DNA of 64,000 nt from a virus. The notes below the pieces were generated by a model that saw only the letters and a program-made list of their open reading frames with translations, had not been told where the DNA came from and ran no database searches. The position numbers and the translations under genes were made by a program. Positions within the stretch are counted from its first letter, which is position 1. The number at the start of each line of letters is the position of its first letter. Below are positions 28,168 to 38,542 of the stretch, one piece after another. Location of the stretch: IMG/VR virus record IMGVR_UViG_3300045988_106448. One strand, given 5' to 3'.

Positions 28168-30363
28168 ATGGCAGAAAAAACAGATAAAGAATTAAAGGAA
28201 GTTCCTAAAATTTCCATGTTTGGATTTGTAGGGATTGATGGAAAGCGTGAGCCCGTCTCAATACCGGATTTCTTAGATTGGGCACAGTCTAAGAAAAAGA
28301 TAGCTTTTGAAATGGTTCCAGAGGCTTTTTACAAGTTTGAAAACGAAGGTATCACAAACGCACAGCGCATTATTGATCAATATAACGATGTTGAAAAAGC
28401 AAAATATAAAGATGAGATAGCCCAAAATCAACCCCCAGTTATTAAACCGGGTACAAATGTTTTCCTCCCTAACATATCTATAAAAATAGATATTCAGGAG
28501 ATATTGGGTTCAGATGTATTTTTGGAACAAGTTGAATTTGATGCCTTTTGGTCAGAAATTCAAGAAGCGTTATTAACCGACCCGGATTATGTACCGTTTG
28601 ATGATATAGAAGGGGAATCCATGTATTTAGAAGATGCCGGGCGTGACGAAGGAGCGGGGATTAAGGCTAAACCTTTAAACGTGCAGGTTTGGATATATAG
28701 CCGGGCAAACAACAAAATTTATGACGTGAGTGCGTTTATTAAGAATGTTATCACTAATAAAGATTTTGGGGCGGGCACGTTTACGTTAGATTTTGTTCCG
28801 GTTTCGCAATTAAATCTTGAAACGTGGGGAGGTGAATTTGCTAATACCCACAGTCTGACGGATAAGAACCAGCGCATCAATGAAGATTGGTTCATGAAGT
28901 ATGTTCAGCACAATGATTTGGTATTTATTCGTTATGAACGTTTAAAGGCAGAAAAATTTGAAGATCAAAACGGGGCTTTAAAACCCGCTGATCAGAATTT
29001 TATTGTAGAATCATCCAAATTAAACGATGATAGGATTTGGGATATGATGGGGCTTGTGGACACCGTTACCATGTCTGTCGATGCTTCGAATAGCGAACAT
29101 TCTATTACCGTAGCCGGGCGAGATTACATGAAATTGTTTATAGAGGATGGTTCCTATTTCATTCCTTTAAAGTTTGTAGAAGGAAGCCCCGATCGTTGGT
29201 TTTACGGGGGTGACCCTGATACGGGGTGGTTTAAGCGTAACATGGTAACGGGTGCGTTCGACTACTACTTTGCGTATTCATTCCAAAAGATTGATTCAGT
29301 TATTTCATTTGTGATAAATCAACTATCTAACATTAAGATAGTGCCTAATGAAGTGTTTGCGGCTAGTGGGGTTCGTAAAGAGAAATACCCTGTGGAAACA
29401 GGTGATGACAAATGGAAGAATCAAAATCAAGTTAATGGGGTATGGCAAATGATTCGTGTGTTTATTGATAAGGCACTTGATGATAGAAGAATTGTTGATC
29501 GTTCGTTGGTAAACCCCGAAGGTTCTCTATTGGATTTCTTTAACAAGGTATGTCAACAACCATTCGTAGAATTCTGGGGTGATACGTGGGGAGGTGAATT
29601 TGATATTATGGTAAGACAACCTCCATTCACGGGTAAGGCGATTAAAAGCGTTTTGAATTCAGAGAGTTTCGTATCAATTATGAATTCTGATGTAATGAAC
29701 TTGGATGTCGCCTACGATGATAGAGTGTATGCGTGGTATAGAATTATGCCACAAAACAGCATGATGGGAAATTCACAATTTTCATCGCTTGCGTTTGTTC
29801 CTATTATATTTTTCAATGAATATTGTGAAATGTATGGAAATAAACGGTGTATAACGAATGACGTGTATTTGTCTGAAAGAAGTCTTAAGGGTTCTGACAT
29901 GGGTAAGAATTTGAATACCCTTTCCCAAGGTTTGCTGAATGATTTGTTGTTCGTTGTAGAAACGAATGCGTACCTCCCATTCACTCGCAAAGGGACTATT
30001 ACCATAAATGGGGATAGGCGTATAAAGGTTGGGACGTTTATTCGTTTAGAAGCTACTAACGAACTGTATTACGTTACAGCAGTGAATAACCGGGCAACAT
30101 TTGATAATAATTCCGTTGACCGAGTAACACAGTTGACAGTCGAGCGAGGGATGTTTATTGATGTAATTAAAGGGCAGAACAATTATTTTAATATCATTGA
30201 TATTGAAGGTATTCGTCAGGAAATTATTCAACGTAATTCAGAAGTGAAAAAAGAGGAAAAGGCGTCTTCTCCTTCTAAATTTGGGGTGAATAAAGCCGTG
30301 TTTGATTACTTTGTAAACAGACAATATTACAAGGATTATGAGAATAAAAATAAAACCATATAA
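28168..30363 (+). CDS. Putative baseplate hub or distal tail protein, 731 aa from ATG
   Basis: The ORF-track start 28141 is a TTG inside the tape-measure gene end. The first ATG is at 28168 (MAEKTDKELKEV...). First large gene after the tape measure gene. Confidence 0.4.
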   Translation: MAEKTDKELKEVPKISMFGFVGIDGKREPVSIPDFLDWAQSKKKIAFEMVPEAFYKFENEGITNAQRIIDQYNDVEKAKYKDEIAQNQPPVIKPGTNVFLPNISIKIDIQEILGSDVFLEQVEFDAFWSEIQEALLTDPDYVPFDDIEGESMYLEDAGRDEGAGIKAKPLNVQVWIYSRANNKIYDVSAFIKNVITNKDFGAGTFTLDFVPVSQLNLETWGGEFANTHSLTDKNQRINEDWFMKYVQHNDLVFIRYERLKAEKFEDQNGALKPADQNFIVESSKLNDDRIWDMMGLVDTVTMSVDASNSEHSITVAGRDYMKLFIEDGSYFIPLKFVEGSPDRWFYGGDPDTGWFKRNMVTGAFDYYFAYSFQKIDSVISFVINQLSNIKIVPNEVFAASGVRKEKYPVETGDDKWKNQNQVNGVWQMIRVFIDKALDDRRIVDRSLVNPEGSLLDFFNKVCQQPFVEFWGDTWGGEFDIMVRQPPFTGKAIKSVLNSESFVSIMNSDVMNLDVAYDDRVYAWYRIMPQNSMMGNSQFSSLAFVPIIFFNEYCEMYGNKRCITNDVYLSERSLKGSDMGKNLNTLSQGLLNDLLFVVETNAYLPFTRKGTITINGDRRIKVGTFIRLEATNELYYVTAVNNRATFDNNSVDRVTQLTVERGMFIDVIKGQNNYFNIIDIEGIRQEIIQRNSEVKKEEKASSPSKFGVNKAVFDYFVNRQYYKDYENKNKTI

Positions 30364-31372
30364 ACAGGGGGTGCGCCCGGTAGATAGCCGTACCACCGTT
30401 CAGCAAACGAGTGGTTTCGGTTACGTGATAATTCCAGAGGGGGTTGATAGAGATCAATTCGTTGAGACTTGTTTTCGTAAAAATAGGATTTCAATTATCG
30501 ATGATGCAAGTGGAAACCTGATTCATGATTGTTACGTGTCAAACGAAGCACTTCAGAATATCAAGTTTCCAAGAGTGGTGGGTGAAAAAGGAATTCCCGT
30601 GGTATGGACTTCCCAACCCACCCAGACAGAACCGATGATTATCGGAACATTCACTCCTACTGAAAATGTTAATATTCGTGACGATGAGGAGATTGATATC
30701 GTGCGAGCGTGGGACGGTGGATTGCTGACAATTAAGGGGAGTGCTAAAGATGGTAGCCTGTTCGTTACCATGCGGGGTCAGGAAAGCGGGTATATTCAGA
30801 TAATGGCTGACGGTGATGAGAATTCTTTACTGGAAGTTAGATCAGCCGGGTCTGTTAAGGTTTCCGCTAATCAGACAGTGGCGGTAGAGGCGTTTACAGA
30901 GTTAACCGCCAAGGTGGTTGACCCCGAAACCGAAAATGAGTCGGGAATTAAGATCAATAAGGACGAATTAACTGTTAGCAGTACTTACGGTGACCCAGAA
31001 CAGCCAAACGTCGTTAAAACGACCGTAACGACCGAAGGTATTGTAACCGATGTCACGTTTAACGGTGGCAACACGTTTAACGCCACGGTTGACCCCTCTA
31101 AAGCGTTGATCCAATACCAAGATTCGCTTGTCCAATTGGAAGACAAAAAGGCAACGTTTCAACAAGGGGAAGCGATGGTGCAATTAGAAAACGGGAAGGT
31201 AGCGTTCATTAACAATGGCACCGGGTTAAACGAGTTGCTCACCAAAATTGTTGACGCGATAGCCACGCTGACGGTTTCTACGGCAGTCGGACCGTCTGGA
31301 ACCCCGTTACCTCCTACTATTCAGAAAACGACAGAATTGACGCAATTATTGAAACAATTTTTTAACAAGTAA
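30338..31372 (+). CDS. Putative baseplate spike or needle protein, 344 aa
   Basis: Position after the hub candidate. The C-terminal half is T/V/N-rich and looks beta-helix-like ('TVTTEGIVTDVTFNGGNTFNATVDPS'). Confidence 0.3.
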   Translation: MRIKIKPYKQGVRPVDSRTTVQQTSGFGYVIIPEGVDRDQFVETCFRKNRISIIDDASGNLIHDCYVSNEALQNIKFPRVVGEKGIPVVWTSQPTQTEPMIIGTFTPTENVNIRDDEEIDIVRAWDGGLLTIKGSAKDGSLFVTMRGQESGYIQIMADGDENSLLEVRSAGSVKVSANQTVAVEAFTELTAKVVDPETENESGIKINKDELTVSSTYGDPEQPNVVKTTVTTEGIVTDVTFNGGNTFNATVDPSKALIQYQDSLVQLEDKKATFQQGEAMVQLENGKVAFINNGTGLNELLTKIVDAIATLTVSTAVGPSGTPLPPTIQKTTELTQLLKQFFNK

Positions 31373-31376
31373 GATT

Positions 31377-31595
31377 ATGTTAGACACGCAAGGACTTTCA
31401 GATGCTATTTATAACTTGATGACACGTATGCGTCAAGAAACAGAAATAAAAGATAGAGATTTTGCTGATGCACTAGCGGCAGCCATTACGACGTTTGTAA
31501 TGACGGGTGAAGTACCCGCAGGAATAGCCGTTGCGACGACGGGTAGTGCCACGGCACAGACGGGAGCAACGACGGCACCGGGTAAAATTGTCTAA
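31377..31595 (+). CDS. Hypothetical small baseplate-region protein, 72 aa
   Basis: ATG-initiated ORF. Ala/Thr-rich C-terminus. Contains no cysteines. Confidence 0.35.
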   Translation: MLDTQGLSDAIYNLMTRMRQETEIKDRDFADALAAAITTFVMTGEVPAGIAVATTGSATAQTGATTAPGKIV

Positions 31596-31632
31596 GAATG
31601 TGCTATATTTGTAACCAAATAATAAACAAAAT

Positions 31633-32403
31633 ATGGCGAGTGCAATTGTAGAACAAGTATGGAGCCTCCAAAAGCAAGTTGGAGCGCAGGCGGTAGCCGC
31701 CATGTATCCGAATGATTTCGAATGGTACATGGTAGCACTTGAATTGACCGATAGCCAAGACAACACGATAGATTACATAGCTTTCCCTATTACACCGGAT
31801 TCTATCACGAAAACGGAACCAACTCGTACCAATGTTAAAAAGTCTTTGTCTGGAATTACCGTTTTAACGAATCCTTCCTTTACCCCGCAAGAGATAAATA
31901 TTAAGGGTTCGTTTGGGCGTAACTTTAAGATATTGCTAAATGTTAGTAACCCCGTAACCACTACGGGGGTAGCGTTTAGCACCGTTTCAGGTAAATACGA
32001 TTTATATTCCATTAAAAAGGGAGCGTCTTTGCTAACCCTTAGGACTTCTCAGTTTAACGTTGGAGTTAAAACCGGGTACGGGGTAACGAAGATTATAAAG
32101 GCGATGCTCTCTAAGAGCGTGGGGTTAGGACAGGATGGTAAGCCGTTGAGGCTATATTTTTACAATATGGCACTCGGGGAAAGTTATTTGGTAGTAGTTC
32201 CTCCTAGTGGTGCTCAATTTTCGCAGGATTTAAGTAAGAATATGATTTGGAATTATAATATTACCATGATTGCGATAGCACCTTTGGAACTTGTTGCCAA
32301 CAAGAAAAATGCCAAGAGTTGGCTGATAAACAGTCTGGCGAATGCGGCTATTCAAACCGGAGTGAATGATTTAGCAACCAAAGTAACACGAGCGATACTA
32401 TGA
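31633..32403 (+). CDS. Putative baseplate protein, 256 aa
   Basis: ORF in the baseplate block. Confidence 0.4.
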   Translation: MASAIVEQVWSLQKQVGAQAVAAMYPNDFEWYMVALELTDSQDNTIDYIAFPITPDSITKTEPTRTNVKKSLSGITVLTNPSFTPQEINIKGSFGRNFKILLNVSNPVTTTGVAFSTVSGKYDLYSIKKGASLLTLRTSQFNVGVKTGYGVTKIIKAMLSKSVGLGQDGKPLRLYFYNMALGESYLVVVPPSGAQFSQDLSKNMIWNYNITMIAIAPLELVANKKNAKSWLINSLANAAIQTGVNDLATKVTRAIL

Positions 32404-33311
32404 AAGCTGCAATGGAAATATTTAAGGACATCACGGGGTATGATATTAAATCGTACTTCGAAGATTTTGTGTTGCTTTGTAACACGTATTACCCGAATAT
32501 AGTGGGTTATTACATGGGGCAAAATATTGATGTCAGGGATTCTTTTGGGCGGCTTGATGCCCTCCTAAAACAGTCAGAAGCGATTGAGCCTTTGTTTTAT
32601 TTGAAAGCAAGCGGGTTCAGCACTCTTGATTCATGGGAATTGCTTGACGTGTTTACGGACTGCCAAACAAAACTGTGGACGATTAATAATTCCTCTCGTT
32701 GGCTTCGCTCAGCCATTTTAGGGCGGTATGGGAATAATGTGGTTCTTGAAAGGGTTTTGAAGACCCGTGAGACCTTTGAAGACGTTGCTTCAGAGTTAGG
32801 GTTGGATGACCCGCAAGATTCGTGGTTCAACATTGCCAAGAACAATTATGTTGAAGAGGAAGATTACACCGCTAATGACGGTGGAGGAATGTTTAAGATA
32901 AACATTAGGCAGTCTGGAAACTTCGATATTCCAAATATTGTTGATAACTTGTCAACGGAAAAGATATTAGGAAAAGACATAAGCGTGGATTTTGGGTTTG
33001 TAAATAATGACCTTTTAACGGTGGAATTTAACGATGCCATACGGCAGACGTTTAACACGATTTTATCATCACTGAAGGGTTCAATTCCAGAGTTTCCAGA
33101 ATATGGTTTTCCTAATGATATGATAGGTTCTTCAATGAATGCTATTCAATATCCGACTATTTTCAAGCATTTGTTGAATATGTTCCAACGAGATGCGAGG
33201 TGGATAGAGGTGAATTTGATAGATTTGTACGCTAAAGATGATAACATATTTGTCAAATTGAGTGCCCGGACGGTAACGAATAATTATCTGGAAACAAATA
33301 TACAATTATGA
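32400..33311 (+). CDS. Putative baseplate protein, 303 aa
   Basis: ATGA overlap with the upstream gene. Confidence 0.4.
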   Translation: MKAAMEIFKDITGYDIKSYFEDFVLLCNTYYPNIVGYYMGQNIDVRDSFGRLDALLKQSEAIEPLFYLKASGFSTLDSWELLDVFTDCQTKLWTINNSSRWLRSAILGRYGNNVVLERVLKTRETFEDVASELGLDDPQDSWFNIAKNNYVEEEDYTANDGGGMFKINIRQSGNFDIPNIVDNLSTEKILGKDISVDFGFVNNDLLTVEFNDAIRQTFNTILSSLKGSIPEFPEYGFPNDMIGSSMNAIQYPTIFKHLLNMFQRDARWIEVNLIDLYAKDDNIFVKLSARTVTNNYLETNIQL

Positions 33312-34480
33312 TAACGAAATTAAACAATACAATCTCCTTCCTAAAGAATTTATGGGTGGAGACATTTCTAAACAAAACGGATAAAGTGTCAGATATCACT
33401 GACAATTCTGTTTTGAATGGAACGGCGTATGCTAACGCCAAGGTAGCGCAAAAGTGTTTGAAGGAGGTTGCCATTGTGGAGGCACAAATATTTCCGGAAG
33501 AGGCTTCGGGGGATTATTTGGATAGAGCGGCGAGTTTGTTTGGCGTACCGCCCCGGCGTGGAGCGTTAGGTTCCTCTACTTATATTAGAGTGTATGCTGA
33601 CCCCGGTACGACTTATACTGCCGGAACGAACGTGTTTGTTAGTTCAAGCGGCGTGCGTTTTCCTATTGAGGAATCTATGACTGTTGGCGATACCGGGTAT
33701 GGCTATGTGAAAGTAAGAAGCGAATCGTTAGGGGCGTTTACCAACGTGGACGCTAATAGTATCGTAACGTTGACCCCGGTACCAAGTGGTCACCATGAAT
33801 GCACTAACGAATATTATGCAATAGGTGGGCGTGATGAGGAAGATGATGAAACGTTCAGAATAAGAATATTGAATCATCAGAATATAAACGCCGAAGGCAC
33901 GTTGGAAAAACTGACGCAAGTGTTTTCCGCAGCTGATGATCGTGTGTTAAAGATTATGTTCGTCGGTGTGATGGAGGATTCTTTCTTGCACGTTCAAATC
34001 GCCACTCAAAACGGGCAGCAGCTTTCTTCACAAGAATTGCAGGTGTTGTTAGATGCAGCCACTCCCTATTTCGGTATCGGAGATATGATAGTGTCAGGGC
34101 GTTTAATGGGTATCAAATTGGAGAATGCCACGTGGTATGAAGTGGGTGGTAGTACCGGAGTAGATTTCCGATGTGAATTGGAAGCCGGGTATGACGTGGC
34201 TACTGTGCGCAAGAATATTCAGGTTGAGTTAACCAAGTATTTGGATTTTCGTTATTGGGAACCGGGTAAGAAAGTTGAATGGGATAACCTGTTAGGTATT
34301 GTTAAACGTACTGAAGGAGTGCGTTACGTGGCTGACGAGTATTTCTTACCACGTACAGATGAGTCCGTACCTGAATGGGAGTTACCCCGTATAAAGAAAT
34401 TTATCATGAGGAATTTAGATGGGGAAGTTCTTTTTGATGAGGAGGATGAGTTTTCTCCGGTGTTTTATCCCAGAAGTTAA
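33308..34480 (+). CDS. Putative baseplate wedge (gpJ/gp6-like) protein, 390 aa
   Basis: Size and position as the last baseplate gene before the lysis cassette. Overlaps the upstream gene. Confidence 0.35.
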   Translation: MITKLNNTISFLKNLWVETFLNKTDKVSDITDNSVLNGTAYANAKVAQKCLKEVAIVEAQIFPEEASGDYLDRAASLFGVPPRRGALGSSTYIRVYADPGTTYTAGTNVFVSSSGVRFPIEESMTVGDTGYGYVKVRSESLGAFTNVDANSIVTLTPVPSGHHECTNEYYAIGGRDEEDDETFRIRILNHQNINAEGTLEKLTQVFSAADDRVLKIMFVGVMEDSFLHVQIATQNGQQLSSQELQVLLDAATPYFGIGDMIVSGRLMGIKLENATWYEVGGSTGVDFRCELEAGYDVATVRKNIQVELTKYLDFRYWEPGKKVEWDNLLGIVKRTEGVRYVADEYFLPRTDESVPEWELPRIKKFIMRNLDGEVLFDEEDEFSPVFYPRS

Positions 34481-34502
34481 TGCCTAATTTTTAGACAAAA
34501 TG

Positions 34503-34550
34503 CCGTATATTTACAATGAAATAAGTTAAAATTGAGTTGCAAATATACGG
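34503..34550 (+). promoter_or_regulatory. 10-bp inverted repeat ccgtatattt...aaatatacgg with a 28-nt spacer, upstream of the lysis cassette
   Basis: Arms at 34503-34512 and 34541-34550 are perfect reverse complements. Contains the TATATTT(a) promoter-like core. Candidate operator or regulatory hairpin. Confidence 0.4.
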
Positions 34551-34559
34551 TTTACGATT

Positions 34560-35033
34560 ATGATTATGGAGGTCAGGAATTTCAATATGCAGTGGTTAGC
34601 CGGGGCGGGAAGCACCTTATTAGGGGCATTCGCACCGATTCAGGATATGTTGATTGGGGTATTCATATTTATTGCCATTGATTTTGTCGTGGGGTGTATA
34701 GCCTCCTATAAACGGGCGAAACGCAGGAAGGTGAAATGGTACTTTGAAAGTGCTAAAGCGTGGAATACTATTTACAAACTAGCGTTTAGTTTAATAGCGG
34801 TTTCGTTGTCTTATTATTTGGATACTAAAATATTTGATTTCGTTGATTTGAAGTTGCCTAACATGGTAGCGGGCTTTGTATGTGGGACAGAATTTTGGTC
34901 GTTCTTGGAAAATGCAGGCGACATCAGCGAACATCCGGTGTTTTTGGCTATACGGAAGATAACAAAACGTAAGATTAACAGAGTAATAGAAGGGGATGAC
35001 CCAGAAATGAATCTTGATAACGATAAAAACTAA
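34560..35033 (+). CDS. Putative holin, phage_holin_4-like, 157 aa
   Basis: Hydrophobic predicted transmembrane segments 'LLGAFAPIQDMLIGVFIFIAIDFVVGCIA' and 'IYKLAFSLIAVSLSYYL' around a charged loop 'YKRAKRRKVKW'. First gene of a three-gene lysis-like cassette. Confidence 0.45.
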   Translation: MIMEVRNFNMQWLAGAGSTLLGAFAPIQDMLIGVFIFIAIDFVVGCIASYKRAKRRKVKWYFESAKAWNTIYKLAFSLIAVSLSYYLDTKIFDFVDLKLPNMVAGFVCGTEFWSFLENAGDISEHPVFLAIRKITKRKINRVIEGDDPEMNLDNDKN

Positions 35034-35038
35034 GAGCC

Positions 35039-35497
35039 ATGGAAATATTAGTTAAAAGAACAGAATTTACCGACACCGCCACGATTGGCACTATGTATAT
35101 TGATTCTGCAAGAATCTGCGATACATTGGAAGACGCTCGTAGGGATTTACCCGCAGAGTGTCCTAATACCCCGAAAGGTGTTGTGTGTAAGTGTAAGGAA
35201 AAAGTTTACGGGAAGACTTGTATTCCGGCGGGGCGATACCGGGTTATTTGGAGGTATTCTCCTAAGTTTAAAAAGGAATACCCGGCTATTGAAAACGTAC
35301 CCCATTTTTTGGGGATATTGATTCACGCCGGGGCAAACGTTGATCATTCTGACGGGTGTATTTTGGTTGGAACCCGCACGCCTCGTCAAGAGAAACTCAG
35401 CCAACAATTCGTGGCTTCCACGAAAGTGAGTAGCATGGTGAAAGCTGCCATTGATGACGGTGAAGAAGTTTGGATTATTATAACAGAAGAAAGATGA
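35039..35497 (+). CDS. Putative cell-wall hydrolase or endolysin candidate, 152 aa, with a YkuD / L,D-transpeptidase-like H...S.GC motif
   Basis: 'ILIHAGANVDHSDGCILVG' resembles the catalytic His-x(n)-Ser-x-Gly-Cys signature of the YkuD fold. Sits between the holin and spanin candidates. Confidence 0.3.
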   Translation: MEILVKRTEFTDTATIGTMYIDSARICDTLEDARRDLPAECPNTPKGVVCKCKEKVYGKTCIPAGRYRVIWRYSPKFKKEYPAIENVPHFLGILIHAGANVDHSDGCILVGTRTPRQEKLSQQFVASTKVSSMVKAAIDDGEEVWIIITEER

Positions 35498-36117
35498 AAG
35501 ATTTTGTATTAAAGCATTGGAAAATTATTCTTATCGTGTTATTAGCCGGGGCACTCTTTATAACGATAAGAACGGCTTCAAAGAATAAAAGCAAGTACCA
35601 GAGGGAACGCAATAATGTGGAAGCCTTGATGACGGAGTTGGAACATGAGAAAACGAAACGAGGCGAAGATGTTACCACAATACAGGAATTGCAATTGACG
35701 GTTTCAGAATTTAAGAAGTTACGTGCCGAAGATGTTAAACTGATAGAAGAATTAAAGATAAAACCACCTCAGATCAAAGAGGTGGTTAAAACTGTGGTAG
35801 AAACTAAGATTGTTTATAGAGATTCTTTAGTACAGGTTTCGCCCGGTAAATATGAATGGAATAAGGATACAAAATGGTGGACGGTAAATCAACAAATTGA
35901 TTTTAACGATAACCCTCCTATAAATAACTTTAAGATGACCACCCGTGACAGCCTCACGCACGTATTATACAAGGTGCCAAAATGTAAATTCCTTGGAATA
36001 CGTTTTGGAACAAAAGGCTACGAAATAAAGGTGATAAATCATAATCCTGACGGCACGATATTATACAATTCATGGATAAACGTGAGTAAGGATAAAACCC
36101 GTAGAAAAAGAGATTAA
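35494..36117 (+). CDS. Putative i-spanin-like protein, 207 aa from ATG: N-terminal transmembrane anchor plus coiled coil
   Basis: The ORF-track start 35470 is a TTG. The ATG at 35494 overlaps the upstream TGA (ATGA). 'WKIILIVLLAGALFITI' transmembrane segment is followed by a charged heptad-like region 'ERNNVEALMTELEHEKTKRGEDVTTIQELQLTVSEFKKLRAEDVKLIEELK'. Confidence 0.4.
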   Translation: MKDFVLKHWKIILIVLLAGALFITIRTASKNKSKYQRERNNVEALMTELEHEKTKRGEDVTTIQELQLTVSEFKKLRAEDVKLIEELKIKPPQIKEVVKTVVETKIVYRDSLVQVSPGKYEWNKDTKWWTVNQQIDFNDNPPINNFKMTTRDSLTHVLYKVPKCKFLGIRFGTKGYEIKVINHNPDGTILYNSWINVSKDKTRRKRD

Positions 36118-36118
36118 T

Positions 36119-38530
36119 ATGTCTACACTAGTATATAGAGATTATCCACGAATAGGTAAGGGATTTCGTATCTCTACCAACATCATTCCGGCGGCGGGCT
36201 TGATTCCGGTGTTACAAGCGGCTCGAGAAGGCAACCGGAATTTATATCGTTATTCGAAAGATGGCGGGCAGACTTTTACGGATTGGGAAATTTTAACAAC
36301 GACGACCCTTGCGGCGATGGGTGGCTTGCACGAGGCGTGCGAGTTGGTGGTGGATTACGTGACTGATCCCTATAAACGGGTGGAGTACCGTAGCCGCATG
36401 GCAACCCCGTTAGCCGATCCGTTATCTACCGTGATTTACGATAAGTCGGTTTTTAAACAGTTTTTTGAAAACAACGACCCTCAGGTGCTTGCGTGGGCTT
36501 TAAACGTGTTAGAGAAGTTATACGAGCCGGGTATCGTTCCGTTGTACATTAAACGGGATAACGAGGCAGACTACACGGCGTATTTCTTTGCTATAACTCA
36601 TTTCTTTGCGTTCATCGTGATTTATGCCCGCAAGTTTCGTTTTATTGAAAACGATGATTTTCTTATGCAGAAATTCATTGAAGGGTGGGGGTTAGTGTAT
36701 GAAAATATTGATACACCAGAGCAGCGCAGCTTCCTATTTAAGAACTGGATTAAGCAGTTTTCTGAAAGAGGAACGTTTCAAATCACTCAAAAACAAGCAG
36801 AAAATGAGGATGGTGAAATTATACGGCTTGACGGTGAGTTAAGAAGATTGGTAGGGTATTCCAAACCCAATGAATTCATATTTGGTGCGCTTGCGCCTCA
36901 GGATACAGGGTGGTGCATGGGATGGTCATCACCCACGTGGGATGGCACCGAAACGGTGAATGCGGTTTCAAAAGGGTATGATTTCGGACCAGATTATTCT
37001 GGGGATGCTTACAGTGATAAGATTACCTTCGGGGAAGAAACCATTACACTTCCTAAAGATGAAACTCCAGTTAATAACACCATTTTAACCGAAGAAGAAT
37101 GGTTACTTTATTTGGAGGGCAACGTGCCCCCCGGTTTGGAATTGTCTAACGTGGTGGGGGTTGGCAAACTTGAGGAATACCCTATCGTGGGTAGCGTGGA
37201 ACGTAAAATGATGGATAATCGTTACGTGCTAGTGCCAACAGGTTCGGGAAGATCGGGGGTTGATAGCCAAGCTGACACCACTAAAGTGATGGAAGTTTAC
37301 CGAGGATTGAATTATGAAATTACCGTTTGGGTGAAAGCGTTGAACGGTGATGAGTATGGAAATTCTTTACCGCAGAATATAGAATTTGGGGTTAACTGTT
37401 ATAACGGAAATATGCAGCTAAGGCAACAAGTTCGTTTGACAGATTTTCAAGCCACGAGTAGTTTCTTTTTAGGAGATCGGTACCAAAGTCCGTGTCTAGT
37501 GGCTAACAAGTGGTACAGGTTGAAGGGAATTATTTACAATATTGTGGAACTGAAAGATGAGGATTTGTATCTGAATTTCTTAAATGGTAGACCGTTGCGG
37601 TTTATAGAAGATATTCGGTACATGGCTCCCTATTTGGTTCAGAATAGAAGTGGAAACGTTTCCGATATCGCGATAGGGGGTATTGTTTTGAAGCCGTTGT
37701 CCTTACCATTCACGCAGGGGTATTTAGGACAAAAGAACGTTATAGCCATGTACGCTGAAATACGTTCAGCCCGTACTAAAGCCGATATAGAATCTTTTAT
37801 AAAAAGATATCTTGTAAGTTACAAGAACGTGGTTTCCGTAACGTGGTTGGATTGGGTGGTTCGGACGTCATGGTTCGCTACCTTCTACGTTTCTAACACG
37901 TATAACGGGGCTATGTTGGAAGGGGCGGAAGTAACTGTGACGGTTCGGGGAGGTGCGCAATTTGTAAACAGCACCGATGAGAATGGTTACGTGCGTTTTG
38001 AAGTGCCCGTTGATAGTATTATAGATTGGACGTGCGAGTACCGGGGTGTCACGAGTACCGGGTTTGAAACGATGAAATCTGATAAAGATGTTTACGTTAG
38101 AATGACGGTACCGTTGAACGTGTCTGTTGAGATCGTAGAGCCGGGCTTTGGTACGGTAGTAGTTACACCTGAGCCTCCACAGCGTTTGCCACGTACAGAG
38201 ATTAATTTGACGGCTACACCCGCACCGGGTTACGCTTTCTTACGTTGGGAAATTGCACCGGAAGGGGCTGTTGACACACGTAACCCCACGGTATATCAAT
38301 TAGGGGACGTTGATATTGACGTTAAAGCGATCTTTGAAGTTTCAGGATCATTATCATTCTCTCCGGCAGAAGTGGTTATACCGCAGGCGGGAGGAAGTAG
38401 CAGGTTGATTGCATCCTCTAATGTGAAATGGGCTATTGATCCGTTACCGGGTACATGGGTTTCCGTAACTCCGAGTAGTGGTGATGGTGGTGATACCCCG
38501 ATAGAAGTAGAAATTATTGAAGAAGGATAA
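36119..38530 (+). CDS. Putative tail fibre protein, 803 aa
   Basis: Large protein after the lysis cassette. The C-terminal 250 aa is beta-rich and Ig-like. Confidence 0.45.
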   Translation: MSTLVYRDYPRIGKGFRISTNIIPAAGLIPVLQAAREGNRNLYRYSKDGGQTFTDWEILTTTTLAAMGGLHEACELVVDYVTDPYKRVEYRSRMATPLADPLSTVIYDKSVFKQFFENNDPQVLAWALNVLEKLYEPGIVPLYIKRDNEADYTAYFFAITHFFAFIVIYARKFRFIENDDFLMQKFIEGWGLVYENIDTPEQRSFLFKNWIKQFSERGTFQITQKQAENEDGEIIRLDGELRRLVGYSKPNEFIFGALAPQDTGWCMGWSSPTWDGTETVNAVSKGYDFGPDYSGDAYSDKITFGEETITLPKDETPVNNTILTEEEWLLYLEGNVPPGLELSNVVGVGKLEEYPIVGSVERKMMDNRYVLVPTGSGRSGVDSQADTTKVMEVYRGLNYEITVWVKALNGDEYGNSLPQNIEFGVNCYNGNMQLRQQVRLTDFQATSSFFLGDRYQSPCLVANKWYRLKGIIYNIVELKDEDLYLNFLNGRPLRFIEDIRYMAPYLVQNRSGNVSDIAIGGIVLKPLSLPFTQGYLGQKNVIAMYAEIRSARTKADIESFIKRYLVSYKNVVSVTWLDWVVRTSWFATFYVSNTYNGAMLEGAEVTVTVRGGAQFVNSTDENGYVRFEVPVDSIIDWTCEYRGVTSTGFETMKSDKDVYVRMTVPLNVSVEIVEPGFGTVVVTPEPPQRLPRTEINLTATPAPGYAFLRWEIAPEGAVDTRNPTVYQLGDVDIDVKAIFEVSGSLSFSPAEVVIPQAGGSSRLIASSNVKWAIDPLPGTWVSVTPSSGDGGDTPIEVEIIEEG

Positions 38531-38542
38531 TAAATAATTATT

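Noticed and set aside
31377-31595. PAAR-like spike tip protein after the putative baseplate spike
   Set aside because: The 72-aa protein contains no cysteines or histidines that could bind the zinc typical of PAAR domains.
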